In this document: positions 46,068-60,400 of the stretch, piece by piece
Position numbering within the stretch: position 1 is the stretch's first letter
Layout: each line of letters opens with the position of its first letter
Source of the DNA: Bugula neritina
Lineage: Eukaryota > Animalia > Bryozoa
Length of the DNA stretch: 64,000 bases
Direction of reading: 5' to 3'
Assembly: GCA_964035545.1 (NCBI GenBank)
Contig: OZ037772.1
Span: 8,301,150-8,365,149, forward strand
Notes under the pieces: model-generated
What the model was told of the DNA's origin: nothing
The model's input: only the letters and a program-made list of their open reading frames with translations
Database searches by the model: none
Program-made: the position numbers and the translations under genes

Positions 46068-47206
46068 ATTGCCTGCAAGATATGTAGGTAACTCATGGAC
46101 ATTTTAGTTTAGGATATATTATTTAGAATGCTCAGTAAATGATCATCATTACATTTTCAGTGTGAGCATTATTCAGTGTGAGACTAATTATAATAATAAG
46201 TAACAATTATTACAACTATTGCTGTTCAATTAGGCATACTATAAGTATAATTGCTATACTACAATAACTCTAAGAAATAATGAAATCCTAATAATAATAT
46301 CAATACTCTTAGTATTATTGATGAAGTGAAATCAAATCTTTAATTAATAATATGTTAAAATAAAGTATTCGTTGTGAATTTGAATAGATCCTCTGCGTAT
46401 GCAAAGCTCAGCTGTCACATGACTGCGGCTGAGGTGATGCACTGCAGCTATATCCTTAAGTTTGATTTAGAAACTTGCATTCAGTTTTGTTCAATGTTTT
46501 ACCCAAACGAAACTTAACTGGCTTTTCCCAATTAAGTTTCCAATTTTATAGAGCAAAGCCTCATTTCCTAAAAATGTAGAATTACGAGTGTTTACCTAAG
46601 TGCCCTTCGGTGTTTGATGGCTTAATTTCTAGATTTTTGACCTGCTTTTCATGCCAATCACGCTGGGTTCAATGTCTACAGGGGATTATGTTATCTGCCT
46701 AGTGATTCAACTCAGATGCCACAACGTGATTGTGCAATTTAAAGCAGCCATCATTCTTATCAGATGTGTGGACCAACTCTAATATTGCGCCATTATAACT
46801 AATATATAAAACTCAGCAAATTTAATAACTGCAAAATGCATGCTTTTGAAAGATAATTGTTTGCCTATGTATTGCTATGCACATCGGCTTTTATAAAACT
46901 TAAAGTTTTAAATTATAGTGCAAATGAAACTTGCAAATGGAAGTTTTATGTTTGTATAAATATGCTCTTGACCAGTACTTTACCACAACTCCAGTGTTAC
47001 GTAGCATATACAGTACTTTTTAGTTTGTCATTGCTGTAACTTGAATGATTGTTATATAGTTATTTTTAGTTGGGCAACAGATTATGTCATTTGAGTAAAC
47101 TGTACAGTTGCCTGCTGTATGGAACGGATGCCTATGTATTTAGTACAGATGCTACACAATAACGCAAATAATTATTGTTTGTTGCCAACACTGTAACCTT
47201 ATATAT

Positions 47207-47250
<44 letters not shown>

Positions 47251-48290
47251 TAGCATTCCACTACTTTAAGGTGATTCCATGCATACATACATTTCCAACA
47301 TGTATTGGGTAATTGCTTGACTTGGTAATGACAAGCATAAAGTAGACAAGAAAAGAAAATATAATAGGAACAGAGAAAAGAAAACTTAAAAGCAATATAA
47401 CAAATGATTATCTAAATTATTGATTATAATCATTGCAAATTAATAGCGCATCCTGCAATCAAGAAAAGATAACTCCTGCTATAGAGATGAGGCTTGCATA
47501 GTTTCCAATAATACACTTCGCAAATATACATGAGCATATCTTATAGCTAGATTGTAATATTATTTATTATATAATATTTACATAATACAATGAGTTCTTA
47601 TAAAACTTTACAAGACTTCTACAGTACTTTGATGGTCTACGCCTATACACCTTTGTCTGTCTAATTTTGCCATAGACTATTTTAACTATTGGCTAAGCAA
47701 TGTTTTATTATTGAAATGAAAAGAGTGCAGTGTAAATATTATTATAAATAGTTTTAATATAAGATAATGAACTATAACATGACTTTACTAGCATGGTTTA
47801 AAATTATTAGTAAAAAAAGTAGGAAATACAAAGTTGCTTGAGCCTGTTGGTACAATTTCGATGTAACAGTGAAATTCTGACTAAAGTCAAAGCTACAAAA
47901 ATCAAACATAACTTGCTAAAACATTTAATACTTGCGCAGATGAATTCTATAGCGAAAGCTAACCGAGCTAATAAAATGGCTTTTGAAACAACACAGAATA
48001 CAGCGATTTTTAGGCCTAACCATAAAATTAACTTACTACAATATGCATAGTTACATTTTTGTATTACATTCGATTTTAAAAACCTTTCTTTTCAGCTTGT
48101 TGGGTATACAGAAGATAACTACCATAGCTATAGCCTAATTTGTTACTTTTACAGTAAAAAATTTCTATACGCATTGGTATTAGGTAAAAAGTACAGCCAA
48201 ATGACAAACCCATTACTGCTATAGTTGCATAAAGGAACCACAGAGTTTTCCTGGTACAAAATAATAAAGAATTAAAAATGAAAATAAAAT

Positions 48291-51200
48291 TCAAGATAAA
48301 ATTCCGATAGGGTCCCAGGCAGGCACCATGGTAGGGTGCTGCTTCCAGAGATCGAGAGTGTCAGCGTCTAGGAGGGAAGGGTCAACGACAATCATAAACA
48401 TGTACTCCTTGAACCACGTGTCTGACATGACAAAGTAACCTGATAAAGAAATCACATAATGAACAGTTAATATATGAATAGTAACTTTCTTCTTGCTCGT
48501 TATTTTGTAATAAAAGAGAGATAAAATCAAGAGCAGTAGAGTTGTCTTTCATGTAAATACAATAGAGAATAACTCCATATGCTACATCACTAACAATTTT
48601 TGGAGTAAACAAAGCTGTAGCTGTTTTATATAAGTTCTATATAAGTAGCGCCGAGTTGCAGGTGATTAGGTGCATCAGCTGGAGTTCTCAAGTTTGAAGT
48701 TGTGATTTCAGGTTGGAACTTGAAACCCCCCCCAACTCCAAAACCAAGAACTCAAACTACAGCATTCAGTCACCCCCAACTCCGAGCATAAACAAGATAG
48801 AAACTGCAGTTAACAAAAATCAGCTTCTAAGGAAATAAGTTGTGTGTTTGATACTCTAAAATGAGTAATAAAATTGACTAAGTTATCGGCAGTGATAGGA
48901 GAAAGTTCAATAGTCTGCAGTATTCCACATAGGATCATATAATGCAAGTGTTGAGGGAATACAACTCCTTTTACCAACATTTTAAAGGCAACAAAACTTT
49001 TACTATAACAGCCAGTTGATATCCAGATATTGCCAATAACATGCGTATATAAAACATGGGCTACCTTTGCCTGCGCCTGTTCCAACTCCCCAGGAGTTTT
49101 CCACCCTCCATTTATCTACATCACCATTTTCCTAAAAGTTTAGTGAACAATAATCTACATTGCTGCACAAAGCTTTTGCAATACATTTTACATAATCAAA
49201 CTGATAGAATGATTTAGATGAAACAGAACTGAGTTACTGAGTAGAACTGAGAGAATACATAAAATCTAATTTGGAATAAACTGAGGATAAACTTATGGAA
49301 ATAGCATTTAATTTCCTGTCAGCAGTATCAGCCACACTGGTATACTAGCTAGTAGGTATACTATTGTAGCTGCACAGCTGTTCAAAGTACGCAATGTAAC
49401 ATAATAACTAAAACCGCATTGCTGATAGCTCATGGTAGTGATAATGTACAGAGTAAAGGATAACATGGTATTAGGTTAGAAAAACTAGCAAGTTTATAAA
49501 ATTATAAGGAGTCTACCAAAACATTATGTTAATTTTCATGACTTGCTTTGATAAGGCAACAGTTTTACAAAAAACATTTCCAAGAGTTGTTCCCTCCTCC
49601 CACCTTGCAGCTATAACCACAATTCATACTACAGCTACAGTGCACATTACTATAAGTCGCATTCTAATTTAGTTACTAAAGTTCCTGCTTTGTACTGATC
49701 ATGACCAACAAAACTGCATCGATCGTGAGCTTACCAATTCGTTAAGACCATTCAGCACCATAGCATGAGAACTTCTGGCCTCTCCAAAAGTCATTCTAGT
49801 AGCTTTATCTATGGATCTCATGCTAATATCAAACATTAGTTCAAAGTCAAATCTACAACCAATCATATCATCCCATAAGTCATGTGACAATCTGAATTAT
49901 GTCTGAGTCACACAACACATTTCAAATTAAGAGTAAGCTGAATAACAGAATAAATTCAAGATGCAAAAAATAAATTATATTGATAAATTTTACCTGCTGC
50001 AGTCATAAAACGGATTATTTGAAGCTTAAAGTTAGAGCTAAATGTGTGATTTAACCCTTAAACTGGAATTCCAAAATACCAAACCATCTGCATGAAATTT
50101 ATATCAACTTTAATCTCAGTTTTTTGTCAATACGAGGATTAATGTAAAATCAGAAGAAATTTAGGTACGCTACTGACAAGCAATATAACAAGTTTATATC
50201 CCATAGAGAGGATAACTCTATACTTAATACATACTGTTCAGGACAAAGCTGACCAGTTATAGAACACATAGCCTTTAATTCACACCCAAACCATACAGGC
50301 TAAAATATAAAGAGAAGACAACTCAACAAATGATTCATGAAACTTCTGAAAATAATCCCATTATCTTATGTTGGTGTGAAAATGCAAAATAGTCACATTA
50401 TAATAATGCAAACAATAAAGCTTAAATATCATTTAACCAGCCATATTGCAAAATTAACTTTTATCATTTAATTTCAGCTTCAATTGCAATAAATAACGAC
50501 TGTTAATACACAAAAGCATATAACTTACTATATCAGCTTTGATTGAATCCTTGGCATAGCCTTCGATCTTATCTATGGGTAGATTGAGGTACTTGGTTGC
50601 CTCCACCCCCACCATATTTCCCAGATACTCCACAGAATAGGTCTTCCCGTATTCATGCTCTGGTCGAGGGTCATTGATGATCACTACCTGAGAATTACAG
50701 CAACGTTTGCCTGACAACTGGCAAATACGATATGGCAAATAGCAACTGGAAACTAGCAAATTCTATTAAACAAATAGCAACTAGCAAACATAGCTGCTTG
50801 TAATCTTAAAACAACGAATGCTATTTGGCAACAAAAATTTCAATTCTTCTTTTGTCTTTGCAACCACAAAATACCACCTAATAAATAATTTTCATTATTA
50901 TTTATTATTCCTTTCAAGTATAAATGGCTTAGCATTTCCTAATGTATAAATTTGCTTCAGTTGTTAATTAAAGTGTATAAGTCAAACCAGCTGATGATCA
51001 CTCACCTGCTGGGACATGTCAAAGTGAGGTTTGACATGTGTCTCATAGTATTCCTGGGGGGAAATTGGTCCAATCTTGTGATATTTTTTGTCCTTGTCAT
51101 AAAAGTCATATTCTACAGAATCTGGGGGAAACCCCAAACAAGTGGAGATGATTTCAAAGAGCTGTAAATATGCCAATCACATGACATTCAGGGTGACGGA

Positions 51201-54200
51201 TAGCAAATTCAACTTAATGCAAGTATACAAAACCTTTCCCAATGTCAATTAATTTAGATCAACTTCATAAATTATAATATGCACCTATGTTACTTTGTTG
51301 AATGAATCATAGCATATAAGTTTAGAATAACACAAATATTTTCAAACTAAAGCATTGAAAAACCATTTTTAACCGACTTTTTTTTAGCATATATTAGTCA
51401 TAGCCGTGGTTAGCTAAAACAGGGGAAATACCTTTTGCATCATTTCTTCTTTGGTTTCGGAAATCTCCGTGTCGGATTTCCCATCTTTAACAAGGTTCAT
51501 TAACTTATAGCAGTTGGCTCGAAGCTAAATAAAGAAATAAGTTCACTATACAATAAATAAATTATAAGGTAAAACTTGTTGATATGTTTTACTAATACAC
51601 ATATAGACAGTTGACTTCATTTTTGTAAGGCTGCTTTTATTAAAACACATGTTGTTTGCTTTAGAATAAAATAGTAAACTTAATCTCCAGAAATCATTAT
51701 ATTGCTACAAATTTTGTAGATTTAAAGTCTACAAACTATTAAGTCATATATTTAACTCAAACGATTAAAAGATATGACTCTAAGTCTACAAAATATGCAA
51801 TAATATAATAGTGAAAACAATAATGCAAGTCTATAAGAAAAGCTATCTACTTGCTGTTAACATTTCAATGAAAAATGAAGTAAAAGTGACAGAAAAATAT
51901 TAATTACTGTGAAAACCCAGTCTTAGTCATCCTTGATGAAATACATTGCTTGAATTCGTTAAATATTCCAAGGGGCAGCTAGAAAATGCAACTGCAAAAA
52001 GCAACTGCAAAAAGCAACTGCCAAAATGCAACTGTCAAATAGCAACTGGCAACTAGCAACTGGCAAATAGCAACTGTCAAATAGCAACTAGCAAAAGTAA
52101 AATCAACTAGTAAGCCAACAGCTTGAATTAACTAAAAAGTGAAAAACTACCTCACAAATAATCTAGAATAATCAGCACCTGGTTGTTAAGTATAGCCTTC
52201 AGAGTGTGTGAATATCTAGCAAGATACGGGGTAGAGTACACACAATCTGGTAGTAGCCCGTACTTTTCTACCAAGTTCACTAACATCTGCCAACTTCCAC
52301 CATCATTTAACGGTTGAGTGAGCACGTGCAGGAAGTTTCTGTCAGAAGGCTGGGCACCTTCTTGAGCAAATTTCAAAAACAGCTCGAGCAAATAGTTGCA
52401 CCTTTCTACCTACAAAAACATAAGCACTTGTTGGTACTAAGACTAAATAAATGTAATGCTATGAAAGATTATGGATAATGATTCCTAATAAACAAGATAT
52501 GAGGTTTTAATGATACCTTTAAAAAGTAAAAACAACTATCAACTTTTGTTCACCTCATAATAACTAGTTTCCATTCTATAAAATTACAAAAGATTCTAAG
52601 AGTCTAACTTCAGCTGAACTTTATCAGTTAGATCAACAGTTAAACTACTAATTAGACTAACAGTTAAACAGACAGTGCGGCTGTTGCAAAGTAAAGTTTA
52701 TAATTAGTTTAGCTGCAGTTAAGACTTGGTATTAGATATGATAACTCCAAAACTATACATTTTAAAGCCACAACCCTGTAGTTTTATTGAAACCCTGCGT
52801 AAAGCTATTGTACTTGCATTTTATAGATGGATAGCCTAACCTTGATTTTCTATAAATACATGAATGACCTTGACCTACTTTATCCCAAAAGAAGAGGTGA
52901 GCTGCACTAAACTTGAATTCATCCAATTTGTTGTGTTTACAATAGAATGTTCTAAGAACGTTGAGTCCTGCGTAGATCCAGCACGTCCCTGTGCTCTGCT
53001 GATCCACCACTGGCCGCACCTCTGTGCTGAGCTAGAAGATAGCAAGTAGTGCTAGTAGTGAACTATTAGCAAGAAATGCTACAAAACTGAGGGGCCTTTC
53101 ACTGCGTTTCCATTGTCTCGAATAGATCAGTACGTATGGATTTGTGGCTGCAGTTTGCACTAACTTTTAATAGTGGTTTCGTTAAATGCAACTGTTTCCA
53201 AACATTGCATAAAAAATCCATTCAAATAAATCGAAGCAATGTAACTGTTTTTACTCCGAACGATCATATTGGTAATCACAAACTGAAAAGTTAAACTTTA
53301 ATATACCAAACTAAGATAGTGATTCTCTGTAATTAGCCTACAATCCTACCTTCGTATTGAACACATGACTAAGGGGAGGGTCATTGTCGCTCATCAAAGT
53401 CAATGTACTATAGTGAGTGCAGGCTTTCTGAGCCAGCCTCTTGGTTCTGTCACTGAGAAACTGGGTCTTCCACTTCTTCACTGCTTCAGTGGAAATACCT
53501 GAGTAGTAATTGTATAACCCCAATTAGTAGTGAACGGTTACCATGGAAATAAATGCATGGTTTGTTAACATAAGGTAGGGAGTCCCAAACGTGTTTGTAC
53601 CTCAATCGGTAATTGCCACAGGTCTTCGATCAAAACTCTTGCAACTTCAAACATTTCTTACCATTTTTTTATGTTTTCTATATTAGAATATTTAATTTAA
53701 TTTAGAAAATTGCATAGTAAACTAATAAATTATATTGATCATTGATTGTAGGTTGAGTAACTGCTATGTCAAATAGACAAAGCGTTCCTTAAATAGCACC
53801 CCAAAAAGGAAACCCCTGGCGCAAATAATTTTAATAGAGTTGCTAATATACCTGGTAGAAAATAATGACTAGCAACACAACTTTTTGGTAAAGTGATTAG
53901 CCTTGAGTATGACGGAGATAGAAACACTATGCATGTACTATAAAAGTAGCAGCATTGACTTCATTGATTATAGTGGTACCGGTATTGAAAATTCACTGCC
54001 AACTGAAATCACAGTAATTACTTTTCACATGTGGGCAGTTTTGGAGTTATCACCTCTAAAACTTCATGGCACAGTCAGCAAAATGGGATATGCAAAATTA
54101 AAATAAACTTAAAATTCTACTAGTGAATAATAACACAATTTTGCAAGAAATATTGTACTACCTACTAAGTCGGAGGGCTTACCTCTTTCCATGCCTGCCA

Positions 54201-54201
54201 T
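48291..54201 (-). CDS. BLMH: Bleomycin hydrolase (peptidase family C1B), 452 aa
   Basis: Exons (minus) 54183-54201, 53350-53498, 52879-53031, 52179-52409, 51432-51524, 51006-51161, 50529-50687, 50235-50299, 49735-49852, 49065-49131, 48291-48439 (1359 nt). Catalytic QQSTGTCWIYA, SSHAMV and WRVENSWG; also LFFWDKVERCNY, DGGSWQM, PVWFGC; C-terminal PAWDPIGILS. Confidence 0.95.
48644..48787. mobile_element. Palindromic MITE, family B (copy 3) in the last BLMH intron
   Basis: GCGCCGAGTTGCAGGTGATT...TCTCAAGTTTG.AGTT ... AGTCACCCCCAACTCCGAGC, similar to 7300 and 15114. Confidence 0.6.
51975..52100. repeat. GCAACTG(G/T)CAAATA repeat, also present at 50710-50800
   Basis: Same unit in two different BLMH introns. 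Confidence 0.75.
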
Positions 54202-56008
54202 TGTAGTCCCTCAGTCTATCTCAGAAGAAGTACAATTTGGATTCACAGCTAACAGTATTACATGCATCCAGGTTGATTGTCAAGGAGAAAATGAAACTGA
54301 ATACTTAGGACTGAAAAGTTTCCTGTTACGCCATAACAACTCATACTAAATGCATACGATGCAAAAAGCAACTAATGATTACGAAATCCTTAACAGCTTT
54401 AATAGTGATAGTAGCTATGTTTTGGCATTGTGCCAATGTGATACTGGCTCAATAAACATGTGACATAGACTGACCATTTCCTATTGTGCAGTGTTGTGAA
54501 GGTGTGCTCTTTTAACCGAGTTAAAAATAACCTGAGTTTTTTCCTTCTGTTAGTTCAGTAGATAAACTAGTAATAGTTACAATGACTTCAACTGTTTTCT
54601 GAAATGGTAAACCAAGTTAAAACCAACAGGGTATCTTATTTCTTAGCAGAAGCTAGAATTAATGTGGGTGTTTTACATGAGCAACAAACCAACAATATAA
54701 TATCAACTTTTGTTTATTTCTAATTATAAGCGTATCAGTGAAGATAATAAATATTATTGAACTTTTCTGAATTGTCAATAGATTTAGCTCAGCAGTTGCA
54801 TCTCATGGGAGATAATTACCAACTAGTGATGAAAATAGCAATTAATAGTATAGTTTGCAGAGGAACTCATAATTTGGGTTTTTATGAATGGGAAAGCAAC
54901 TCCGTATTGAGAACTAACAATTACACGGACACAGGCAGCAACAGTGGCCACTGGAATAGTTTGATTGGTAGAAAGTAACTTCCTTATGCATGTCAGTGTT
55001 TGTTATAACAACTGCACATTCAAACTCAGGAATGTGACATCCAGGGAGATAATAACAAACTCACTAAAGTTTATAGTCACTAAGCCAATTACTCAAACCC
55101 TTAGACCTTAGACCACTGCTATCTACAGGGAGACAATGGCTACAGGAAAAACATCCTCACTGATGGATTTTACTGGATATAAATATTCTAGCCACATTAG
55201 CGTGCTAGAGGACTTGATGAGAAAGCAGGTTGACACACTGATGTACCTCATGAGGAAACGGGAAGAAAAGTTTATTCACAGTTGAAGATTTCCAAACTAA
55301 GGCCATTGCACCTCAAACTTAGCATCAACTAGACATTAAAATCCTTTGATATTTGGGAACATAAGTTAATGCAAACTGCAACCAATACGAAGCAGTGGGA
55401 ACGCAGTGAATATGACACAATGACTAGCCCAAAGTTGTGAGTCAAATTTTATATTTTTATATTTCTGTTCGAATAAAAAACCACTAGATGAGTCAACACT
55501 TTCACAAGTAAGTCTTGCTTGAAGTGACTTGATATGACTTGACTGAATATATATGTAAAAGTACTGGCAAAAACAATCTGGATATAACATAAATAATAGA
55601 GAACACATATAATCACACAGAATTGCTTTCAGTCAAATATTTACAAAACCAATTCAAAACTCTATTGCAATTTTGCTAAATTTCTGTGTAACTTTGAATA
55701 TTGGTTATACTGCATAAACCCACCCTAAAACCATGTTTAACTTTATAATTAAATGTAAAGATGTGAAAATTTGAAGCTGCCGTATTATAAATATTTCACA
55801 ATGAACACCTGAAGAGTGTTAACTTTAGAGGGTTCAGATATGAGACTAACTTTCAAGTCTTCAGAGATGAGTCATTAGAATTAGAGCAGACGGACAAATT
55901 TCATTGGCTAACCAACCGCCATCAGCTGTGAGTAATACTGACTAACTAGCACCAGAGGAAAAAACTAAACTAAACTAGCTCTTAGCTGCTCTGTGATTGG
56001 TCCAATAT

Positions 56009-57331
56009 TTAACGATGTTGAGCAAAGGCAGGTGATTGGTCAGAACTTTCTAGTATGGTCTCTGATAAGTCAAAAACACCTGCTTTTGGCATCTTCTTAT
56101 TTTTCTTTCGTTTCTTTTTAGGTTTACCCGCATGATCTCCCTGGAGAATATTAATGAAGATTAGAATTAGAAACTGAAAGTATAAAAATACGATAACATC
56201 GCAATAAAAATAAGCAAACTTCACCGCTAAACTTCAAGCAATGCAAACATATCTGCTTGAAATACAAAATGTGTTGCGATAGAGAAACTGGGATGCCTTC
56301 AAACTAGCAGGGTGAATACATTAGACCCCCTAAAAAGGGTGCACGCATAGCCCCCCTAGAAGAGGGTGTAGCCATAGCAACTGGTTAGATTCAGCGAGTG
56401 GCAGATTTTTCAGTGAGAAAATCAACAGCTTTAAGTGTTTTACCAGTTTTACTAAGCCTAGGGCCACACGGTGCGTATTTTCGCATGCGAAAATTGAAAT
56501 CACAAGTAGCAAAGGTGTCCACTGTAGCGTCAGTGATGCGTGATAAATAAAGCGTTCATTTTTAAATCGCACTCGCTTTCAATAAAACGCAATTTACTGG
56601 AATGTAGCACTAAAATAAAGAAATTGGGCTCGCTGAATAACTACCAGCCAATTAGGTGATCACGACAGAGACGATTCGCACCTGCGTTGAAAATGCAGAG
56701 CGACAAGTGCGAATGTTTTCTCAACGCGCACAGTGGACACCTTTGCTACTTGTGATTTCAATTTTCGCATGCGAAAATACGCACAGTGTGGCCCTAGGCT
56801 TAATGTGACATATGATATTAGAGCATGGACAAAACACTGCATTCAGCATGAAAAGGCCAACTCTGAGTCAGAAACGAACAATCAACTAGTAATTAGTAGA
56901 GTAACAGTATAGGAGAATTCATGCAAGATGTAAAACATAGCCTGTGACTCATAACAGAACCGGGTAGATAGACACAGGTCCAACCTACACACAAACATGC
57001 TCAGAAACCAGGCTAACAGTTCTTACCGATTGAGTGCGGCTTTTGTTGACCTTGACATTCTGCACCTTGAGAGAGAAATGTGAAAGTGAGGCTAGGATAG
57101 ACTGAGAACTACAGCAATGGTTGAGGTAGGAAGGCGGAATTACCACCAGGTAATTATTGAGGAAGAAGTTTATATAGTAAATACAGTATAGAAACTTACA
57201 GGGAGTTCACCAGCTTTGAATATAGTAGGGCAGATAACTTCTATATCTCCGTCATATGACTGCATGGCTTCAACTTCTTGGAACTGTGGAATATAGTATC
57301 ATCCAATCAGAATATAGTATTATCAGTACAT

Positions 57332-57408
<77 letters not shown>

Positions 57409-60400
57409 TATACACTATCTAAGATGTGCTATACAGTATATGCTATACACTATCTAAGATGTGCTATACAGTACCTAGGATATGCTATACACTATATGCT
57501 AAACACTATCAAAGATTTGCTATACAATACCTGAGATCTAATAGAATTGGAGAACGAATCAGCTTCACCCTCTCCCGTCATGGCAGCATAACTTTTGGCT
57601 CTTTTCATTTCGGGAGCACCAGAAGGTCGAGCAACATGGCCGACAGCACCTAAATAACAATGTCACATGACCAGCTAGCAATAACACCTGTCTGCTCTAC
57701 ATGTAAGATGTAGGCTTCAAGACACAGCAGAAATCAAGTAAAGAACTTAAGTTGATAATTAAAACATCACAAAGCTCAACTCAAATAAAAAGGTAGATGC
57801 AACAACATGTAATGTATACTATTAGGTGGAAGTGTGGAGAGAGCTATTGGTAAGTTACAGGGCCATCATAGTCCGGAAATTACGAGGACTGATTCGATTA
57901 TGCTTGATGGTTGAGAACTAACTCAACTGTAACTATGGAAAGCGGGGGGGGGGGGGGAGAGGGGGTTGCCTAAAACTATCTCCCCATGCATACAACACAA
58001 CAATTGATGACATCACAACAATTGATGACATCACAACTATTGATGACATCACAACTATGAATGACATCACAACTATGGACATCACAGAGGACTACAACTA
58101 AACAGTTACCATTCCTGTAAATAATATAAGATGAAGTTTTGTCTGAAGACTGAATAAGTTATACGGGTGAAGCAAGATTGCAGAGAAAACGTAGGTGATT
58201 AGAGTTTGCTGGGTCTAGGAAATAATAAAAAGGCGTTTGTTAGCTGGTGTAAAACTTGAGTGATGAGATTTGGTGAGAAAGTAGCTGAATGAAATCCTAT
58301 AAAACCTTCTGCTATTGTCAGATTGAGAGCAATACATGAGTCCCGCAGATGATGACGTGTTTAGATAAAATAACACAATATTAATAATTTAAATTAAAAG
58401 GTGTCAATATATACTTGCATTGATAAAAACATAATATTATTTTTAAAATTACTAAGTGTATCATCAAACTTAACACTTGAGCTCATAAACAACACAGCAT
58501 GCTGACTATCATAGACAACAAAGAGCTAAAGGGAGCAATGAATGGAATAGTCTATGCGTAACATCGGAACAAGGATCTGAACAATAACACTCTACTTACC
58601 AGGTTTTACTGCAACAAATGAAGGCACGTAATTTACACAGGAAGTTAAAGTTAATCACATGCAGGACATATAAAATAGACAGACTAGCATAGAACTAAAG
58701 ATGATGAAAGATATCCAAATTCAAAAGTGCTGATTATGTTGACACAATTTAAAATAATTCAAAGTTAGTACTTAGTGTCACATGTACAGGTAAATGGAAT
58801 TAGGAAGGAAAGCAGTTTTTTGCAGGTAAGGGCAGTGATTAGTGAAAAGACTAATGCCATTAGAGAGTTTAGTAATATGAAAGTAGTCATATAATATTAC
58901 ATAGCATATCGTGTGAATATTTACACAGTATACCAAGTTATATACCTTTTTGTGTGATAATTCATACGGTTACCATACTATATAGCACGCATGTTAGAAT
59001 TTATATGGTTACGACACTATATCGCTTATTGGGTGAGAACTTATATGGTCATCACGTTATAACCATCATGTGTTACAACTTATACAGTACAACATAGTAT
59101 ATAACATGTTCATATAATACATGAATTACAATTACACTGATTATAAAGGCCACACCCTCAAGTTAACATCACATAGTATACACAGTAAACCAGCAACCAT
59201 CCAATTTCAACACTTTTATATACCAAATAGAAGAACACGGAAGCTAAGAAACCACATTTAACAAAACTCTTACCGGACATGGAGTCGGAGCGCCGTAAAC
59301 CGCCCCGTATGGGTTGATTCGGCATGTCGGCTACCATCTGCATGATCTCTTCACGCGTCAGCGTAGACGTCTTGGGTTTGAGACAGTTAGAGATCTGGAG
59401 AAGGGTTAATATGAACAACCCCGCAACAACCACAGACACGAGTGACGCCTACAACCAAAAATACACTACAGAGGTAGGTGCAGTAATGGAGAAGTTGAGA
59501 AAAGCCTGTGTTCTAGATTAGAAATGTAGCAAAAGAAATTATGTTGTCATGAGAATGTAAACCAGCACCCCAAACCAAAAATTAATAATATAATTAAATA
59601 ACTTAGGCTATTTCAATGTCTCCACTACTGCTCCTAAATGAAATTACAAAAGGTTAAAAGAAGACGAGAACTCAAAAGTTGAAACTCGAGACAGGCAGAG
59701 CATACAAAACTGGCCAACTGATCATATAAGCAGGTGATTCTAGAACACTGAATATTTATCTGTCATTTAGAAAAAAGAAAGTACAGTGCTCCCTGCATAT
59801 CCTGCGTCACCAGTTGTCACGAAATTCCATAGGTAACAAGAAGGGCTTGGACCCTGTTTTGTGGCTTATGTATGTGCATAGGGACAACATGGCTAAATTT
59901 AATGGATCCGTGAGTTAAATCTGGTATTCTAATATGTAACGAATTGAGGTTTTGAGACTTCCAGCTTGGTGAGATACAGAGGGAGCACTGCATGTATAGT
60001 GAAAGTAGGTTCCATATGAAACGAGTATAATCCTACCAGAGGTGATTCCAACTTGTCTTTTTCTTCCTCCAGTTTAGTCACTCTCCTGGAGAGATCCATG
60101 GTGGTAGTTTTCAGGGACTGGAATTCCCTAGTCTAGGTGTGAATAGAGAAGATAACTCTAGATAATAACTAAAGTGTCATAGGTCTCAAGTAGTTATAAT
60201 ATATCTTGATATTGCTGCTTTACTGAATTAGTAAGCAAAGAAATAACAAGAAATTAAAGTAGCGAAAATATGCCATCTAGTTTTTGTTACATAAAGCAGA
60301 GAAATAGCAGTGATTTAGCGATGCAAGAAGACAGCTAACATTTCTCCTGTCACCTGGCCTTTGAGGACTACCAGCTACCTGACAAACCAGAATATGCACC

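Noticed and set aside
53600-53665. Alternative BLMH start exons near 53540-53665
   Set aside because: Their donors are phase 0, while exon 53350-53498 needs phase 1. The 54183-54201 exon (MAGMERG) fits.
39549-54201. Functional cluster of ESCRT factor, E3 ligase and protease
   Set aside because: Adjacent housekeeping genes in an animal genome with mixed orientation; no sequence evidence of co-regulation.
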